Source: Truepera sp.
GTDB taxonomy: Bacteria > Deinococcota > Deinococci > Deinococcales > Trueperaceae
Reading direction: 5' to 3'
Assembly: GCA_965218435.1 (NCBI GenBank)
Contig: CBDCKW010000009.1
Coordinates: 1,344,001 to 1,408,000, forward strand
DNA: 64,000 nt
Of this stretch, positions 21,152 to 32,675 are shown piece by piece. Both the position numbers and the translations under genes were made by a program. The notes under the pieces were generated by a model that saw only the letters and a program-made list of their open reading frames with translations, had not been told where the DNA came from and ran no database searches. How positions within the stretch are numbered: the first letter of the stretch is position 1; each line of letters begins with the position of its first letter.

Positions 21152-21174
21152 AAAGTAGACGGCTTCCGCTTAGT

Positions 21175-22194
21175 TTACTGACACGCGCTCGGCGCGTCGG
21201 CTCCTGTAACACCCTTACAGACATCCGCTTTGGGAATCCAACCCGCGTCAATTACGACATCTAGGTTGTCGCGGGTGATCGGCACCGGCTTGAGCAAGAT
21301 AGCGTTCATCTCGGTACCGTTGGGACCACCATTAAAGGTCGTCGCCCCTTCGACGTCGGTGAGGGCTGCGCCACCCGCTAAGGACATCGCAATTTCAGCA
21401 GCTTTGGCACCCAACGTGCGCGAATCTTTCCAGACACTGACGGTTTGCGTGCCGAGGGCAATGCGGTTGAGTGCGGCGAAGTCCGCGTCTTGACCTGAAA
21501 CGGGGAGACCCTCGAGCCCCTGCGCCGTCAGCGCCGCAACGACGCCCCCGGCCGTGCCGTCGTTCGAGGCGACCACGGCGTCCACGTTGTTGTTGTTCGC
21601 CGTCAAAATCTGCTCCATGTTGCGCTGCGCGTTTTCGGGCAACCAGCCGTCGGTGTACTGTTCGCCGACGACCTTGATATCCCCGCTGTCAATTGCGCTT
21701 TGCAACACCTCGAGCTGCCCTTGGTGCAAAAAGTCGGCGTTGGGATCGGTCGGGCTGCCTTTGATAAAAACGTAGTTACCGGTCGGTTGTACGTCAAACA
21801 CAGCCTGAGCCTGGAGCCGCCCGACCTCGACGTTATCGAACGTCAGGTAAAACACGCTCGGGTCTTCGATCAGCCGGTCGTAGGCGATCACGGGGATGCC
21901 TTCTTGGGCGGCGCGGGTTACCGCCGGGATGATGGCCTCGTTGTCTTGCGCCAGGATAATGAGCGCGTCCACACCGCGCGTAATCAGCGCGTCAATATCC
22001 GAAAGCTGTTTTTCCGGCGAGCTCTGCGCGTCGGCGCTCAGGTACTTGCCGCCGAGTTCGGCAAGTTTGGCCTTGATCGCCGCCTCGTCGGTTTTCCAAC
22101 GCTCCTCTTGAAAGTTCGACCAGCTGACGCCGATGGTCTGCGCCGACGCCGCCGCGCACAGTGCAAAAAGTCCGATAATCAACACTCGCTTCAT
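21175..22194 (-). CDS. xylF: D-xylose ABC transporter substrate-binding protein
   Basis: Signal peptide, [30 protein letters not shown] and GQDAD motifs. Confidence 0.9.
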   Translation of the reverse strand: MKRVLIIGLFALCAAASAQTIGVSWSNFQEERWKTDEAAIKAKLAELGGKYLSADAQSSPEKQLSDIDALITRGVDALIILAQDNEAIIPAVTRAAQEGIPVIAYDRLIEDPSVFYLTFDNVEVGRLQAQAVFDVQPTGNYVFIKGSPTDPNADFLHQGQLEVLQSAIDSGDIKVVGEQYTDGWLPENAQRNMEQILTANNNNVDAVVASNDGTAGGVVAALTAQGLEGLPVSGQDADFAALNRIALGTQTVSVWKDSRTLGAKAAEIAMSLAGGAALTDVEGATTFNGGPNGTEMNAILLKPVPITRDNLDVVIDAGWIPKADVCKGVTGADAPSACQ

Positions 22195-22363
22195 CGTGTA
22201 TCCCTTCCAATCTCCAGTTAGACGTGCAGCAAACACCCATGCGGGCGTCGTTGCTCTTTTTAGCCCCCGCGTTACACCTCGCTACACCTTTGCACCTTGT
22301 ACCAACACGTCTCGTACCGATACCCCTCGTACCAAACTGCTCTACCGTACTTAAAGCGTGTAT

Positions 22364-22414
22364 TTAGTTAGTTAAGCCAAGATGTACTTTATCCAGTCGG
22401 TAGAAGTGTGTCAA
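22364..22414 (-). promoter_or_regulatory. Sigma70-type promoter of the xyl operon with probable repressor sites
   Basis: TTGACA (22414-22409), 17 nt spacer, TAAAGT (22391-22386); overlapping ACTT..AAGT palindrome and a TTAGTTAGTT box resembling ROK/XylR sites. Confidence 0.7.
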
Positions 22415-22457
22415 GTGATTCGCCTCGAGGCCCTTCAGTCACAGCTTTACGCCAGCC

Positions 22458-23615
22458 TTAAGGCCGACGCCACCGCGCGTCTGTCCACTTCTGGGTACTC
22501 TGGGAACTCTCGACCGTCTTTTCGATAAAATGTACGCCCCGTGCCCCGTCGTAAACGGTCGGAAAGTCGAGCGCGTCGGCTGGAACCGTGCCCCCTTCTT
22601 GACGCGCCCGCATCGCCGCTGCCGCGCCCCGGTAGACGTTCGCAAACGCTTCTAAAAAGGCTTCGGGGTGGCCGGGGGGAAGGCGTGAGGCCCGCTGAGC
22701 CGCTTCACTCAGGTACGCGTTGCCCGGTTTTCTGAGCTGCACCGGCTCGCCGTTCGGTTTGACGAGCAGGTTCATCGGCTCTTCTTGGTGCCACTCGAGC
22801 CCCCCCGTTTCGCCGTAAACCCGGAGCCGGAGTCCGTTTTCTTCACCGCTCGAGATTTGCGAGGCAACCAGCACGCCTTTCGCGCCGCCTTCAAAGCGTA
22901 AGAGCAGATTACCGTCATCATCGAGTTGCCGTCCTGGAACAAAGCTGGTCAGGTCGGCGCAGATACTGTGGAGCCCTAACCCCGTGACATACGAAACGAG
23001 CTGCTCGGCGTGAGAGCCGATGTCCCCGATGGCCCCGGCGACACCACTTTTGGCCGGGTCGGTGCGCCAGTCGGCCTGTTTATTTGACACCTCTTCAGCG
23101 AGCCAGCCCTGATTGTATTCGACGATGACTTTGCGGATGTTGCCCAACTGTCCCGAACTGACTAGGTGTTTGGCCTCTTTGATCATTGGATAACCCGAAT
23201 AGTTATAGGTCACGGCGAAGACGACGCCGGTTTTTTCCACGGCGGCAATCAGTTCGTTTGCCTGCTCGCTCGTATGGACCAGCGGTTTGTCCGATATAAC
23301 GTTAAACCCGGCATTGGCAAACGCGTGTGCAACCGGAAAGTGCATGTGGTTGGGCGTGACGACCGAGACAAAATCTATCCGTTCGTCTTCAGGGAGCGCC
23401 TGCTCACCGTCCAACATCTCTTCCCACGAGCCGTACGCCCGGTTTTTAGAGAGTCCCAACTCAATCCCGGACGCCTTCGCTTTCTCCGGTGTCGACGAGA
23501 GCGCCCCCGCCACAAAGTCAATCTGACCGTCTAACGCCGCCGCCATCCGGTGAACTGCGCCGATAAACGCGTCTTTGCCGCCGCCGACCATACCCATTTT
23601 AAGCTTCGCCGTCAT
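22458..23615 (-). CDS. Gfo/Idh/MocA oxidoreductase
   Basis: [28 protein letters not shown] and GHPEAF motifs. Confidence 0.9.
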   Translation of the reverse strand: MTAKLKMGMVGGGKDAFIGAVHRMAAALDGQIDFVAGALSSTPEKAKASGIELGLSKNRAYGSWEEMLDGEQALPEDERIDFVSVVTPNHMHFPVAHAFANAGFNVISDKPLVHTSEQANELIAAVEKTGVVFAVTYNYSGYPMIKEAKHLVSSGQLGNIRKVIVEYNQGWLAEEVSNKQADWRTDPAKSGVAGAIGDIGSHAEQLVSYVTGLGLHSICADLTSFVPGRQLDDDGNLLLRFEGGAKGVLVASQISSGEENGLRLRVYGETGGLEWHQEEPMNLLVKPNGEPVQLRKPGNAYLSEAAQRASRLPPGHPEAFLEAFANVYRGAAAAMRARQEGGTVPADALDFPTVYDGARGVHFIEKTVESSQSTQKWTDARWRRP

Positions 23616-24145
23616 TTTGCCTCCTGTAACCACGTAAGAATGCGCTCTAAGTTTTGCTCGAGCGGTAACACCGTATCAATTTGCAGCCTCGGATAATCAG
23701 TTGCTAAAAACATCTGGTTTTTAGACCGCCTGCGGTAGAGCAGAAAGGTTGTCCAGCGTTTGACCCTTTGCGCGGGTCGCCGTGTCCGAGTTTCGATGCG
23801 TTTGCGCCACACCTCATCGTCCAAACAGTGACAGTCTACAAGCCGGACCTTTGCCCCGGTTGTGCTCGAGATGATTGCGGCGTGGCCGTACCCCTCGGGA
23901 CCGGTTAAAGGACTGTCGCAAATCACGCTGAACCCCTGTTTTGAGAGGTTTAGGGCAATACCGAACATAGCTTCGTAGGCGAGAGGGCCGGATTTGCGAA
24001 CACGGCGGCTTAAAACGTCGTTGATGTCGTCTTTATCAACGACCGGCCAGCCCAGCCGCTCACCCAGCGCGAGGCTCAACGTTGTTTTGCCCGACGCCAT
24101 AAGGCCCCGCATAAGTAGAAGGGTCAGCTGAGCTGTCTTATCCAC
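23612..24145 (-). CDS. P-loop small kinase-like protein (AAA_33-like)
   Basis: [14 protein letters not shown] and VICDSP motifs. Confidence 0.8.
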   Translation of the reverse strand: MDKTAQLTLLLMRGLMASGKTTLSLALGERLGWPVVDKDDINDVLSRRVRKSGPLAYEAMFGIALNLSKQGFSVICDSPLTGPEGYGHAAIISSTTGAKVRLVDCHCLDDEVWRKRIETRTRRPAQRVKRWTTFLLYRRRSKNQMFLATDYPRLQIDTVLPLEQNLERILTWLQEAK

Positions 24146-24148
24146 GGC

Positions 24149-24679
24149 TTAACTACGACCTGCCGGTCTACCAAGCCATGTAATTACTTCTTCTGTCAGC
24201 TGCTCGAGCGGTCCTGCCATATCTACCTCAAGGATAGGTGCTTTGATGGAATAGTCAAAACCGCCTGAAGCTTGCTGTCTATATCTGCTGAGGTCGGCCC
24301 AGGTTTTGATGACGTGCGCGGGGCGTTTGTGGCGGGTCTCGAGCCTTACCTTCCACACGGCTTCGTCTGAAAGTACGCAGCCTAAAACACGCAGCTCTGC
24401 TCCCGTTTGTCTTGCTGATGCTTCCGCACGCAACCCTCCTACCTCGCCGCGTAGAGGGCTGTCACAAATGACGCTAAACCCTCGCTGTAACAAGCTCTTA
24501 GCTACCGAAAACATGCTGTCATAGGCAAGTGGGCCGTAATGCTCTACGTGCATCATCAGTACGTCTGAAAAGTCGTCCTTATCAACGACGGGCCAACCTA
24601 GGCGCTTACCCAAGTTCCGGCTTAAGGTGCTTTTGCCGATCCCGACCGGGCCTCTGAGCACAAGTAGGTACGGCTTCAT
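24149..24679 (-). CDS. P-loop small kinase-like protein (AAA_33-like), paralog of its neighbour
   Basis: GPVGIGKST, VDKDD and VICDSP motifs. Confidence 0.8.
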   Translation of the reverse strand: MKPYLLVLRGPVGIGKSTLSRNLGKRLGWPVVDKDDFSDVLMMHVEHYGPLAYDSMFSVAKSLLQRGFSVICDSPLRGEVGGLRAEASARQTGAELRVLGCVLSDEAVWKVRLETRHKRPAHVIKTWADLSRYRQQASGGFDYSIKAPILEVDMAGPLEQLTEEVITWLGRPAGRS

Positions 24680-24726
24680 CCCCGTGTTGTTTCCGTAGCT
24701 GCGTAGCGTTCAAGCATCCACAACCT

Positions 24727-25272
24727 CTATAAAATGGTCTTATCGTACAGCTCAGCAAAACTTAGCGTTGCGTCCACACAAGGAACGAACAGCGCATCGT
24801 CTTCGCTGAAAACACGCTCTTCCCAGCTGCCCGACTGCCGGTAATAGCCTGTCACCTCGCGTTTACGGGATTCGACCATCAAGTAGAGGTGTAGGCTCTC
24901 CAAAGCCAGGTAAGAAAAGCGTTTCTCGAGCCTGTCTTTACGCGCGGTAGACGGGCTGACGACCTCGACAATCACGCATGGTGACGTCTCAAAAAAGTCA
25001 TCCGCCAGGGGTTCACACACGACCATCGCATCGGGATAGTAAAAAAGTCGGTTTTCAACCCGGAGCTTCATGTCGCTGCCGTAAACGCGGCAATCCTGTC
25101 CGGCAGCGCCTACTAACAGATGCACGATGTTCGCGCAGATGACGTTGTGCGTGACGCTGCCCCCGGCTAGGGCAAAAACCTCACCGTAGACGTATTCGTG
25201 ACGAACGTCCGCACCGTCTTCAGCCTCGAGGTATTCGTCTACCGGGACTTCCGTGATGAGCCGCGCCCGCGT
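24727..25272 (-). CDS. Uma2/DUF820 family endonuclease with ACG at the expected start (possible pseudogene)
   Basis: EYLEAE..RHEY..GEVFA.AGGS..HN, YPDAMVVC and EVVSPST...DR..K motifs; no in-frame ATG/GTG/TTG before the conserved N-terminus. Confidence 0.75.
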   Translation of the reverse strand, partial: TRARLITEVPVDEYLEAEDGADVRHEYVYGEVFALAGGSVTHNVICANIVHLLVGAAGQDCRVYGSDMKLRVENRLFYYPDAMVVCEPLADDFFETSPCVIVEVVSPSTARKDRLEKRFSYLALESLHLYLMVESRKREVTGYYRQSGSWEERVFSEDDALFVPCVDATLSFAELYDKTIL

Positions 25273-25281
25273 AACGTCAGG

Positions 25282-26283
25282 TTACTCGCGCCCGAACGCC
25301 GCGTCGAACGCCCCGCCTGCAGGCGCAAAGTCGAGCTTTTTCGTAAACGCTGCCGATTCGGTGCCGCCGTGAACGCGGTCCATGCGTGAGTCTTCCCACT
25401 CGATACTTAAGGGGCCGTCGTAGCCGATGTCGTTTAAGGCCACGATGATGGTCTCGAAGTTGATGTCGCCGCGCCCGACGCTGCGAAAATCCCAGTAGCG
25501 GCGCGGGTCGCCGAAGTCGGTATGCCCGCCAAAGACTCCCGCCTCGCCGGTGCCGTGTCCCCACCAAGCGTCTTTCATATGGACGTGAAAGATGCGGTCA
25601 CTGAATTCGTAGATAAATTTGACGTAATCCACGCCCTGGTAGCCCAAATGCGACGGGTCGTAGTTAAAGCCGAAGCGTTTGTGCTGGTTCACGGCTTCTA
25701 GCGCCCGTTTTGCCGAGGCGATGTCGAAGGCGATTTCAGTGGGGTGAACCTCGAGCCCGAAGTTGATGTCCTCTTGGTCAAAAACCTCTAAAATCGGCGT
25801 CCAGCGGTCCGCAAAATCTTCAAACCCTTTGTCCCAATACGCCTGCGTCGTCGGCGGAAAGGCGTACAAACTGCCCCAAATCGAAGAGCCCGTAAAGCCG
25901 TTCACTATACCCACACCAAATTTAGCTGCCGCCCTCGCCGTGTCTTTCAGCTCGTCAGCGGCGCGTTGCCGGACGCCTTCAGGGTCACCGTCGCCCCAAA
26001 CGTGTTCGGGCACAATCGCTTTATGCCGCTCATCAATCGGGTCGCAGACCGCCTGACCGACCAGGTGATTTGAAATGGCGTAGCACTTGAGGTCGTGTTC
26101 GGCTAACAGGTCGTGGCGGCCCTGCGCATAATCGGGTTCAGAAAGGGCTTTTTGTACGTCGAAGTGGTCGCCCCAGCAGGCGAGCTCGAGGCCGTCGTAG
26201 CCCATCTGTTTAGCTAAGGGTGCGAGTTCGGCTAACGGAAGGTCGGCCCATTGGCCGGTAAATAAAGTGACGGGTCGTGCCAT
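25282..26283 (-). CDS. Sugar phosphate isomerase/epimerase (xylose-isomerase-like TIM barrel)
   Basis: [34 protein letters not shown] and SIEWED motifs. Confidence 0.9.
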   Translation of the reverse strand: MARPVTLFTGQWADLPLAELAPLAKQMGYDGLELACWGDHFDVQKALSEPDYAQGRHDLLAEHDLKCYAISNHLVGQAVCDPIDERHKAIVPEHVWGDGDPEGVRQRAADELKDTARAAAKFGVGIVNGFTGSSIWGSLYAFPPTTQAYWDKGFEDFADRWTPILEVFDQEDINFGLEVHPTEIAFDIASAKRALEAVNQHKRFGFNYDPSHLGYQGVDYVKFIYEFSDRIFHVHMKDAWWGHGTGEAGVFGGHTDFGDPRRYWDFRSVGRGDINFETIIVALNDIGYDGPLSIEWEDSRMDRVHGGTESAAFTKKLDFAPAGGAFDAAFGRE

Positions 26284-26355
26284 AAAACTCCAATCGTTAC
26301 GGTAGGTTTGACGTCTCTACGGTTAGGGCGCTCTATCTGCCTTGATACTTGCTTG

Positions 26356-26847
26356 CTAAAAATCTTTGTCTTTCTGCACTTTGATAAAAACTCCGTTGCC
26401 ACGTTTTTCAACGATTAATCTCTCTGAAACTTCTTGCCTCAACTTTGCCGGAATAAGCTGTAATTGCCGACTCCGCTCTTCGGTAACCCTTTTCTCTGCA
26501 CAACTTGGATGGGCCGCTGCAACGGCTTTGAGAGCGTAGTATGCGCCACCGAAAGCGTGTTGGGGAACGTGCGCCGTAGCTACCGCTTGTCCTGCGGCAC
26601 GGGCGGCAAAACAAGCTTTTTCATTATCTTTTGCTTCGCGCGCACCCGCATGAGCTGCAAGGGACGCACCGCGTATAGCTGCCATTTTGAACACGCCTGT
26701 TTCAACCCACGTTCGGCACGCTTCGATAGCTTTGCGTGGCCGATCATCTTCTGGATACTTGTCTTCAAAAAATGGAAGTACTCGTTCGGCACAGTCGGCA
26801 GCCCAAGTTGCCATCAATTTCTGATCGTGTTTGTCGTATTTTTTCAT
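26356..26847 (-). CDS. Imm5-like putative immunity protein
   Basis: WAADCAERVL...DDRPRKAI...AARAAGQAVATAHV pattern; AT-richer. Confidence 0.7.
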   Translation of the reverse strand: MKKYDKHDQKLMATWAADCAERVLPFFEDKYPEDDRPRKAIEACRTWVETGVFKMAAIRGASLAAHAGAREAKDNEKACFAARAAGQAVATAHVPQHAFGGAYYALKAVAAAHPSCAEKRVTEERSRQLQLIPAKLRQEVSERLIVEKRGNGVFIKVQKDKDF

Positions 26848-26967
26848 AATGAACCGTATTTTAGCACTAGTGGTCTCAGTCAAGCCGCGCGGCGGCAAAA
26901 AAAACGTCCAACAACTTAAATCACAGGAGCAGCCCATCAGGTGAGCTGCCCCAGTGTAGCGTGAAGT

Positions 26968-27909
26968 TTAGAACGGGGAATCGGGGTAGTAGAACTGCTT
27001 GGCGTTCTCAGGCGTGACGAGTTCGGACTCGAGTAGATACTGGCCCACAATCGGGACGCCCGAGGTGTACTGCAGCGCGGTCACTTCCATTGCGGTGGCG
27101 ATCATCGAAGGCGGATAGGTCACATCGACCGGAATAAGCTTGTCGCCGTCCATCACGCGTTTGATCACCTCTTTTTTACCCGCGCCGCCGACGATAAAGA
27201 GGTTGTCAGCGCGTCCGGCTTGCTCAACTGCCGCGACGACGCCTTCGGCCATGTCATCGTCCGACGCCCAAATCGCGTCAATATCGGGAAAGCGCGTCAG
27301 CATGTCCTGCGTGACCGTAAACGCGTCGTCACGGTTCCAGTTGCCGTACTGAGCGTCCAAAACGTTGATCCCGGAACCTTTTAACGCCGCGTTAAAGGCG
27401 TCAAACCGCTGATTGTCAATGACCGTCGGCAGGCCGCGCAAAATCACGATATTGTCACCTTTGCTCAAGTTTTTGGTAAAGTATTCTCCAGAAACGCGCC
27501 CAAAAGCGGTGTTGTCTCCCGCGACGTAGAGGTCTTGAATGCTGGGGTCGGAGAGCCCACGGTCAACGACCGTGACGAAGACGCCCTGCTCTTTGACCTG
27601 CGCGACAGGTTGCGTTAAGGGGTCGGACTCGAAGGGCAATACGACGAGCGCGTCAATCTTATTGATCGCAAGCATATCTTGCAAATCGTTTGCCTGTTCA
27701 CCGGGGTCTGAGGCCGAAGAGACCACAAATTTGAGGTTCGGGTAGGTGTTTTGCAGCTCTTTGGCGGCCTGTTCCGCCCAGAAGTTGACGCCGCCGGTCC
27801 AACCGTGGGTGGCTGCCGGAATCGAGACGCCAATCGTGACGGTTTTGTCCTGGGCTTGAGCTGCGCCCAAGGCGAGCAGGGCGGTGGCGACTAAGAGAAT
27901 ACGTTTCAT
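26968..27909 (-). CDS. Sugar ABC transporter substrate-binding protein (RbsB-like fold)
   Basis: Signal peptide, [14 protein letters not shown] and DDDMA motifs. Confidence 0.88.
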   Translation of the reverse strand: MKRILLVATALLALGAAQAQDKTVTIGVSIPAATHGWTGGVNFWAEQAAKELQNTYPNLKFVVSSASDPGEQANDLQDMLAINKIDALVVLPFESDPLTQPVAQVKEQGVFVTVVDRGLSDPSIQDLYVAGDNTAFGRVSGEYFTKNLSKGDNIVILRGLPTVIDNQRFDAFNAALKGSGINVLDAQYGNWNRDDAFTVTQDMLTRFPDIDAIWASDDDMAEGVVAAVEQAGRADNLFIVGGAGKKEVIKRVMDGDKLIPVDVTYPPSMIATAMEVTALQYTSGVPIVGQYLLESELVTPENAKQFYYPDSPF

Positions 27910-28008
27910 GTAACTTCCTTTCGTACTTCGAGACAGAGGCGATTTGGTGTTTAGGTAAGCGCAATTCACACCATTTTGAACCTCCAGCTGTACCGATTTG
28001 GATGAACC

Positions 28009-29016
28009 TCAGTCATCCTCACCCTCGCGCCGCTGCAAGAGCACCGCCGCGATGATGATGACGCCCTGCACCGCGCCGTTTAAGTACTCGCTGATAAAGC
28101 CGGTGAGGTTTAGGACGTTGCCGATGGTCGAGAGCATAATCGCCCCGACGACGGTGCCCCAGATATGGCCCGAGCCGCCCCGCAGGGCCGTTCCGCCGAT
28201 GATGACGGCGGCGATGGCCTCCAACTCCCACAACACGCCGGTACTCGCTGACGCCGACCCGAGGCGCGGCACATAGATAATCGTGGCGAACGAGACGCAG
28301 AGCCCCTGAATGATGTAGGTCAACGTCTGGACGCGGCCCACGTTGATGGCTGAGTACCGCGCGACCCGTTCGCTCGAGCCGATCGCGTAAACGTAGCGTC
28401 CAAAACGGGTCCGGTGCAGCACCACGCTGCCGATGACGGCGACCGCCGCAAACACCCAGATTGGATACGGCACGCCCAGCAGCGACCCCGAATAGACCGG
28501 CCCGTACACCGACCTCACCGCAAAGTCGAGCGAGAGCGTGCCACCGTTCGCCAGATACGTCACCAGCGACCGGTAGATGCCGAGCGTGCCCAGCGTGACG
28601 ATAAACGCGGCGATCTTGCCCCTGGTAATAATGACGCCGTTCAGCGCCCCGGCGAGAACGCCCAAGAGCAGCGACGCTCCAATGCCAATCAATACCGTCA
28701 CGACGCCCGCGCCGAAGGTATTGACCGCCCGGTTCATCACGATAATCATCACACCTGCGATAAATGCCGCCATCGAACCGACCGAAAGGTCGAGCCCACC
28801 TGAGATAATCACAAACGTCGCGCCGACCGCGATGATGCCGATAAACGCACTGCGCGTCAGGACGTTAAAGAGGTTGATGGGCGACAAAAAGGCGTCGTTT
28901 AAGAGTGCGCCGACGACAAAGAGCGCAATCAGACCGAGGAGCGGCCCGAGCGCCCGAATATCAAAGCGTGCGCTGCGCTCTGCAGGAGAGGTGCGAACTT
29001 CAGGCTCAGGCTGCAT
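28009..29016 (-). CDS. Sugar ABC transporter permease (RbsC-like)
   Basis: GLDLSVGS and [14 protein letters not shown] motifs. Confidence 0.88.
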   Translation of the reverse strand: MQPEPEVRTSPAERSARFDIRALGPLLGLIALFVVGALLNDAFLSPINLFNVLTRSAFIGIIAVGATFVIISGGLDLSVGSMAAFIAGVMIIVMNRAVNTFGAGVVTVLIGIGASLLLGVLAGALNGVIITRGKIAAFIVTLGTLGIYRSLVTYLANGGTLSLDFAVRSVYGPVYSGSLLGVPYPIWVFAAVAVIGSVVLHRTRFGRYVYAIGSSERVARYSAINVGRVQTLTYIIQGLCVSFATIIYVPRLGSASASTGVLWELEAIAAVIIGGTALRGGSGHIWGTVVGAIMLSTIGNVLNLTGFISEYLNGAVQGVIIIAAVLLQRREGEDD

Positions 29017-30541
29017 GAGGGGCTCCTTTTGCCGCGGATTCACGCTTCAAGCCGGTCGCGTAGCGGACAATCTCGTTTTCGTTGATGTCGCCCCCGCTCA
29101 GCGTTCCCATCTGCTGCCCTGAACGCATCACAACGACGCGGTGACAGAGCCCGACGATTTCAGGGAGTTCGGACGAGATGAGGATGCACGATTTGCCTCC
29201 ATCCAACAGCTCCTGAATAAAAAAGTAAATCTGCCGCTTGGTGCCCACGTCAATCCCCCGAGTCGGCTCGTCTAAAATCAAAACTTTGGGCGTGACTTCC
29301 ATCGTTTTAGCGAGCACGAGCTTTTGTTGATTGCCGCCCGAAAGCGCGTTGACTTTGGCCGAAAGATTCGGCACACGGATGCTGAAGTCGTCTACCGCTT
29401 CCGCCAACGCCGCCAGCTCACGCTTTCGGTGAACAAAGGGGTCGGCGTACTTTTTTAGTGCCAACAGCGTGAGGTTGGGCCGGAGCGCCATCTCGGTAAT
29501 GAGTCCTTTGCCCTTGCGGTCCTCGCTGACGTAAGCGATACCTGCCCCCACAGCATCTTGCAGGGTGCTGATGGTGAGCGGTTGACCGTTTCGGGTCAGC
29601 GTACCGGTCTTTTGGCGCAGCCCTAAGATACCCTCGAGCAGTTCAGTCCGCCCCGCCCCGACGAGTCCGGCGAAGCCCAAGACCTCGCCGCGCTTAAGCT
29701 CAAACGAAATATTCTCGGCCCAACCGGGGACCGAAACGTTTTGTGCCGTAAAAACCACTTCTGTCCCCGGTGTGCGTTTGGGTGGGTACATGTCCGAGAG
29801 TTCGCGCCCGACCATCAGGTTGGCCATCTCGTCTTGGGTCAGCTCGCTCGTCTTTTGCGTGGTCACGAGTCGCCCGTCGCGGAGAATGCTCACCCGGTCG
29901 GCGATTTCGGCGACCTCCCCCAGCTTGTGTGAGATATACACGACCGTCACGCCTTGGGCGCTGAGGCGGCGAATCAGCTTAAAAAGCACGGCGGTTTCGC
30001 GCCCGGTTAAAACGTCGGTGGGTTCGTCCATCAGCAGGACGCGCACGTCGCGGGTGACGGCTTTGGCGATTTCGACCATCTGTTTTTGTGAGACGCTTAA
30101 ACGCCCGACGCGAGTTCGGGGATGGACGGGCGTCTCGAGTTCACGGAGCACAGCGGCGGTCTCTCGCTGCATCACTCGGCTCTGCACGAACGGTCCCCGG
30201 TGTTTTTCGACGCCTAAAAAGATATTTTCTTCAACGGTCAAATCGTCAGCCAAGTTGATCTCTTGGTGGATTAAAACGATCCCTGCCGCTTCAGCGTCGC
30301 GGGGGCGGCGAAACGACACCTCGCGCCCTTCCAGTCTCAAGGTTCCACCGGTCGGTTGGAGGTAACCTGACAAGAGTTTCATCAGCGTAGATTTGCCCGC
30401 GCCGTTTTCGCCCAAAATTGCGTGGACTTCGCCTTTTGCGAGCGTCAGCAAAACGTCATCTAAAACCCGGACGGGTCCGAAATCTTTAGAGAGGTGCGTG
30501 GCCTCTAACACGGTTGTCTCTAGCACCTTTGCCCCTGACAC
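29006..30541 (-). CDS. Sugar ABC transporter ATP-binding protein (two-domain, RbsA-like)
   Basis: [26 protein letters not shown] and [10 protein letters not shown] motifs. Confidence 0.9.
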   Translation of the reverse strand: MSGAKVLETTVLEATHLSKDFGPVRVLDDVLLTLAKGEVHAILGENGAGKSTLMKLLSGYLQPTGGTLRLEGREVSFRRPRDAEAAGIVLIHQEINLADDLTVEENIFLGVEKHRGPFVQSRVMQRETAAVLRELETPVHPRTRVGRLSVSQKQMVEIAKAVTRDVRVLLMDEPTDVLTGRETAVLFKLIRRLSAQGVTVVYISHKLGEVAEIADRVSILRDGRLVTTQKTSELTQDEMANLMVGRELSDMYPPKRTPGTEVVFTAQNVSVPGWAENISFELKRGEVLGFAGLVGAGRTELLEGILGLRQKTGTLTRNGQPLTISTLQDAVGAGIAYVSEDRKGKGLITEMALRPNLTLLALKKYADPFVHRKRELAALAEAVDDFSIRVPNLSAKVNALSGGNQQKLVLAKTMEVTPKVLILDEPTRGIDVGTKRQIYFFIQELLDGGKSCILISSELPEIVGLCHRVVVMRSGQQMGTLSGGDINENEIVRYATGLKRESAAKGAPHAA

Positions 30542-30733
30542 TGTAAGCGTCCGCGAGTGTAGGCATGTAGCTCGAGCAGATTCGCGGAGAGGCTGAAAGC
30601 GGCAATCCGAAATACAGCCGGTATCAAATCGGCGTCAATCGCTGCGCTGGTTTCCGTAGAGGTCACAACATCCCTTCTCGAGCAGTTACAACCTCTCTTT
30701 TGCCGAGGTCGTCATAGTTGGTCTTTGTGTTTG

Positions 30734-30762
30734 ACTATATGCGGGGTGCTGAAGGCTGTCAA
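30734..30762 (-). promoter_or_regulatory. Sigma70-type promoter for the 30541 ABC operon
   Basis: TTGACA, 17 nt spacer, TATAGT on the minus strand. Confidence 0.7.
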
Positions 30763-30840
30763 GCACAACTTGATAACGGAAGTGCAGCAAAAAAGCCGCC
30801 CTACACGAACGGCTTAGTTTTTACGTGGTTTGCGCCGAGC

Positions 30841-31872
30841 TCAGCGTTCTTGCAGGGTTTCAGGCACGGCTTGGCTGCTTAGGGAGACGGGCGCGTTTTG
30901 TTTGGCGGATTCGTAGCAAGCTAAAACTAAGCGGACGGCCTCGAGCCCGTCTTGCCCGGTACACACGACCTCGCGTTCGCCCCGAATGGCCGCCAAAAAG
31001 TCAAGCTCACAGGTGGTGTGGGCATCATAGCCGCCGAAGGTCGTATGTGAGATGTCAGGTTCACCGAAGTTGGTTCCCGGCGAGCTGCGAAAGCGGTGGG
31101 TCAAGACGCCGGTGCGGTTCGAGTATTCTACGGCCCCTTCAGTGCCGTACACCCAAAACGCCTGCTCCCAACCCGTCGCGGTCCAGGCGTTTTCCACGCT
31201 GCCCATCGCCCCCGATGCGAAGGTCAGGTTGGCAACCGACGTATCTTCGACCTCGATGTCAAAGCCGAGCGTGGCGATGTTCGCGTAAACCTGCGTCACA
31301 TCACCGCCAAAGTAGCGGGCCAAATCCATCATGTGACAGCCGTTGTCTAAGAGCGTGCCGCCCCCCGAATGAGCGAGGCTGCCAAACACACCGCGTACTG
31401 TTTTTGAGCCCCCCCAATCGTGCGCTTGGCGAAAGCGCATAAAGGTCAGACGCCCGAGTGCGCCCGAGTCAATGAGGTCTTTGGTTTGGATGGCGGCGCT
31501 GTCGCTCCGCAGGTGATGACCGATCTGCAACACCACGCCCGCCTCGCGGCAGACGCGGATCATCTCCTCGGCCTGCTCTAAAGAGAGCGACACAGGTTTT
31601 TCGCACAACACGTGTTTGCCTGCTCGAGCCGCTGCCAACGTCACCGGGTAGTGCAGCGCGTTGGGCAAACAGACCGAGACGGCTTCGATGGTGGGGTCGG
31701 CCAAGAGCTCTTCAAAGGTGCTGTAGCCTTTAGGGATGTTCCACTCACGCTGACGTTTGGCGAGGGCCAAGGGATTGGCGTCGGCAATCGCCGCGATGGT
31801 CGCGCCCCCGGCGGTGTAGCCCTGATAGTGAAACAGCGAGACGCCGCCTGCGCCGATGATGCCAACGTTCAT
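30841..31872 (-). CDS. Gfo/Idh/MocA oxidoreductase (ThuB-like position)
   Basis: GIIGAG, CEKP and [11 protein letters not shown] motifs; ATGA overlap with thuA. Confidence 0.88.
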   Translation of the reverse strand: MNVGIIGAGGVSLFHYQGYTAGGATIAAIADANPLALAKRQREWNIPKGYSTFEELLADPTIEAVSVCLPNALHYPVTLAAARAGKHVLCEKPVSLSLEQAEEMIRVCREAGVVLQIGHHLRSDSAAIQTKDLIDSGALGRLTFMRFRQAHDWGGSKTVRGVFGSLAHSGGGTLLDNGCHMMDLARYFGGDVTQVYANIATLGFDIEVEDTSVANLTFASGAMGSVENAWTATGWEQAFWVYGTEGAVEYSNRTGVLTHRFRSSPGTNFGEPDISHTTFGGYDAHTTCELDFLAAIRGEREVVCTGQDGLEAVRLVLACYESAKQNAPVSLSSQAVPETLQER

Positions 31873-32642
31873 ACAGGTTCCTCGGTTTTAGCGGTTTCAG
31901 AGTTTGAGGTGATGGGCTCGAGCGTCTCTCTTCTATTGCCAAACCACGTTTTTGGACGGTTGGGTGTCGGCGCAGCCCAGCGTGCCGCGTTTTTTAAGAC
32001 CTGTTTGACTTCACTCTGATAGTACACCGGAAACGTTTCGTGACCGGGCCGGAAGTAAAACACTTTGCCCTGCCCCCGGTTGTAGCACGCGCCGCTGCGA
32101 AAGACCTCGCCGCCTTCAAACCAGCTCACAAAAACAAGTTCGTCGGGTGCCGGGATATCAAAGGGTTCGCCGTACATCTCGGCTTGCGGGACGACGAAGC
32201 TGTTTTCTAATCCTTCAGCAATCGGGTGCTGCGGCGCGACGACCCATAACCGTTCGCGCTCCCCTTCGTCGCGCCACGAAAGGTTACAGGTCGTTCCTAA
32301 AAGCCGCTTGAAAATCTTGGCAAAGTGCCCGGAATGGAGCACCACGAGTCCCATACCCTCCAAGACTCGCTCGTGAACCCGCTCGACAACTTCGTCGGAG
32401 ACCTCGCCGTGGGCGCGGTGGCCCCACCAGAACAGCACATCAGTCGTGTCGAGCACGTCGGCACTTAGCCCGTGTTCGGGCTCGTCTAGCGTGGCGGTAT
32501 GGACCTCAAAACCGCCGTCTCGTAATCCTTCGGCAATCGCGGTGTGAATGCCGTCCGGATAGATGGCCTTAACGACGGGATTTTCCTTCTCGTGGTGAAA
32601 CTCGTTCCAAACGGTAATGCGGGGCAAATTTATGCGTGTCAT
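31869..32642 (-). CDS. thuA: Trehalose utilization protein ThuA
   Basis: VWNEF.HE, YPDGIH, WWGH.AH, LHSGH, EMYGE.F and PGHETFP motifs. Confidence 0.9.
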   Translation of the reverse strand: MTRINLPRITVWNEFHHEKENPVVKAIYPDGIHTAIAEGLRDGGFEVHTATLDEPEHGLSADVLDTTDVLFWWGHRAHGEVSDEVVERVHERVLEGMGLVVLHSGHFAKIFKRLLGTTCNLSWRDEGERERLWVVAPQHPIAEGLENSFVVPQAEMYGEPFDIPAPDELVFVSWFEGGEVFRSGACYNRGQGKVFYFRPGHETFPVYYQSEVKQVLKNAARWAAPTPNRPKTWFGNRRETLEPITSNSETAKTEEPV

Positions 32643-32662
32643 CTAAGCCTCCTTGACCTAAC

Positions 32663-32675
32663 GGAAAACGTTACC
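32663..32675. promoter_or_regulatory. Probable LacI-family operator
   Basis: GGAAAACGTTACC near-palindrome with central CG just upstream of the thuA RBS. Confidence 0.5.

Noticed and set aside
28414..31442. Long antisense ORFs in the track (e.g. 28577..29122, 29772..30365, 30825..31442; likewise 52573..53137)
   Set aside because: Shadows of well-supported genes in GC-rich DNA, with no family motifs
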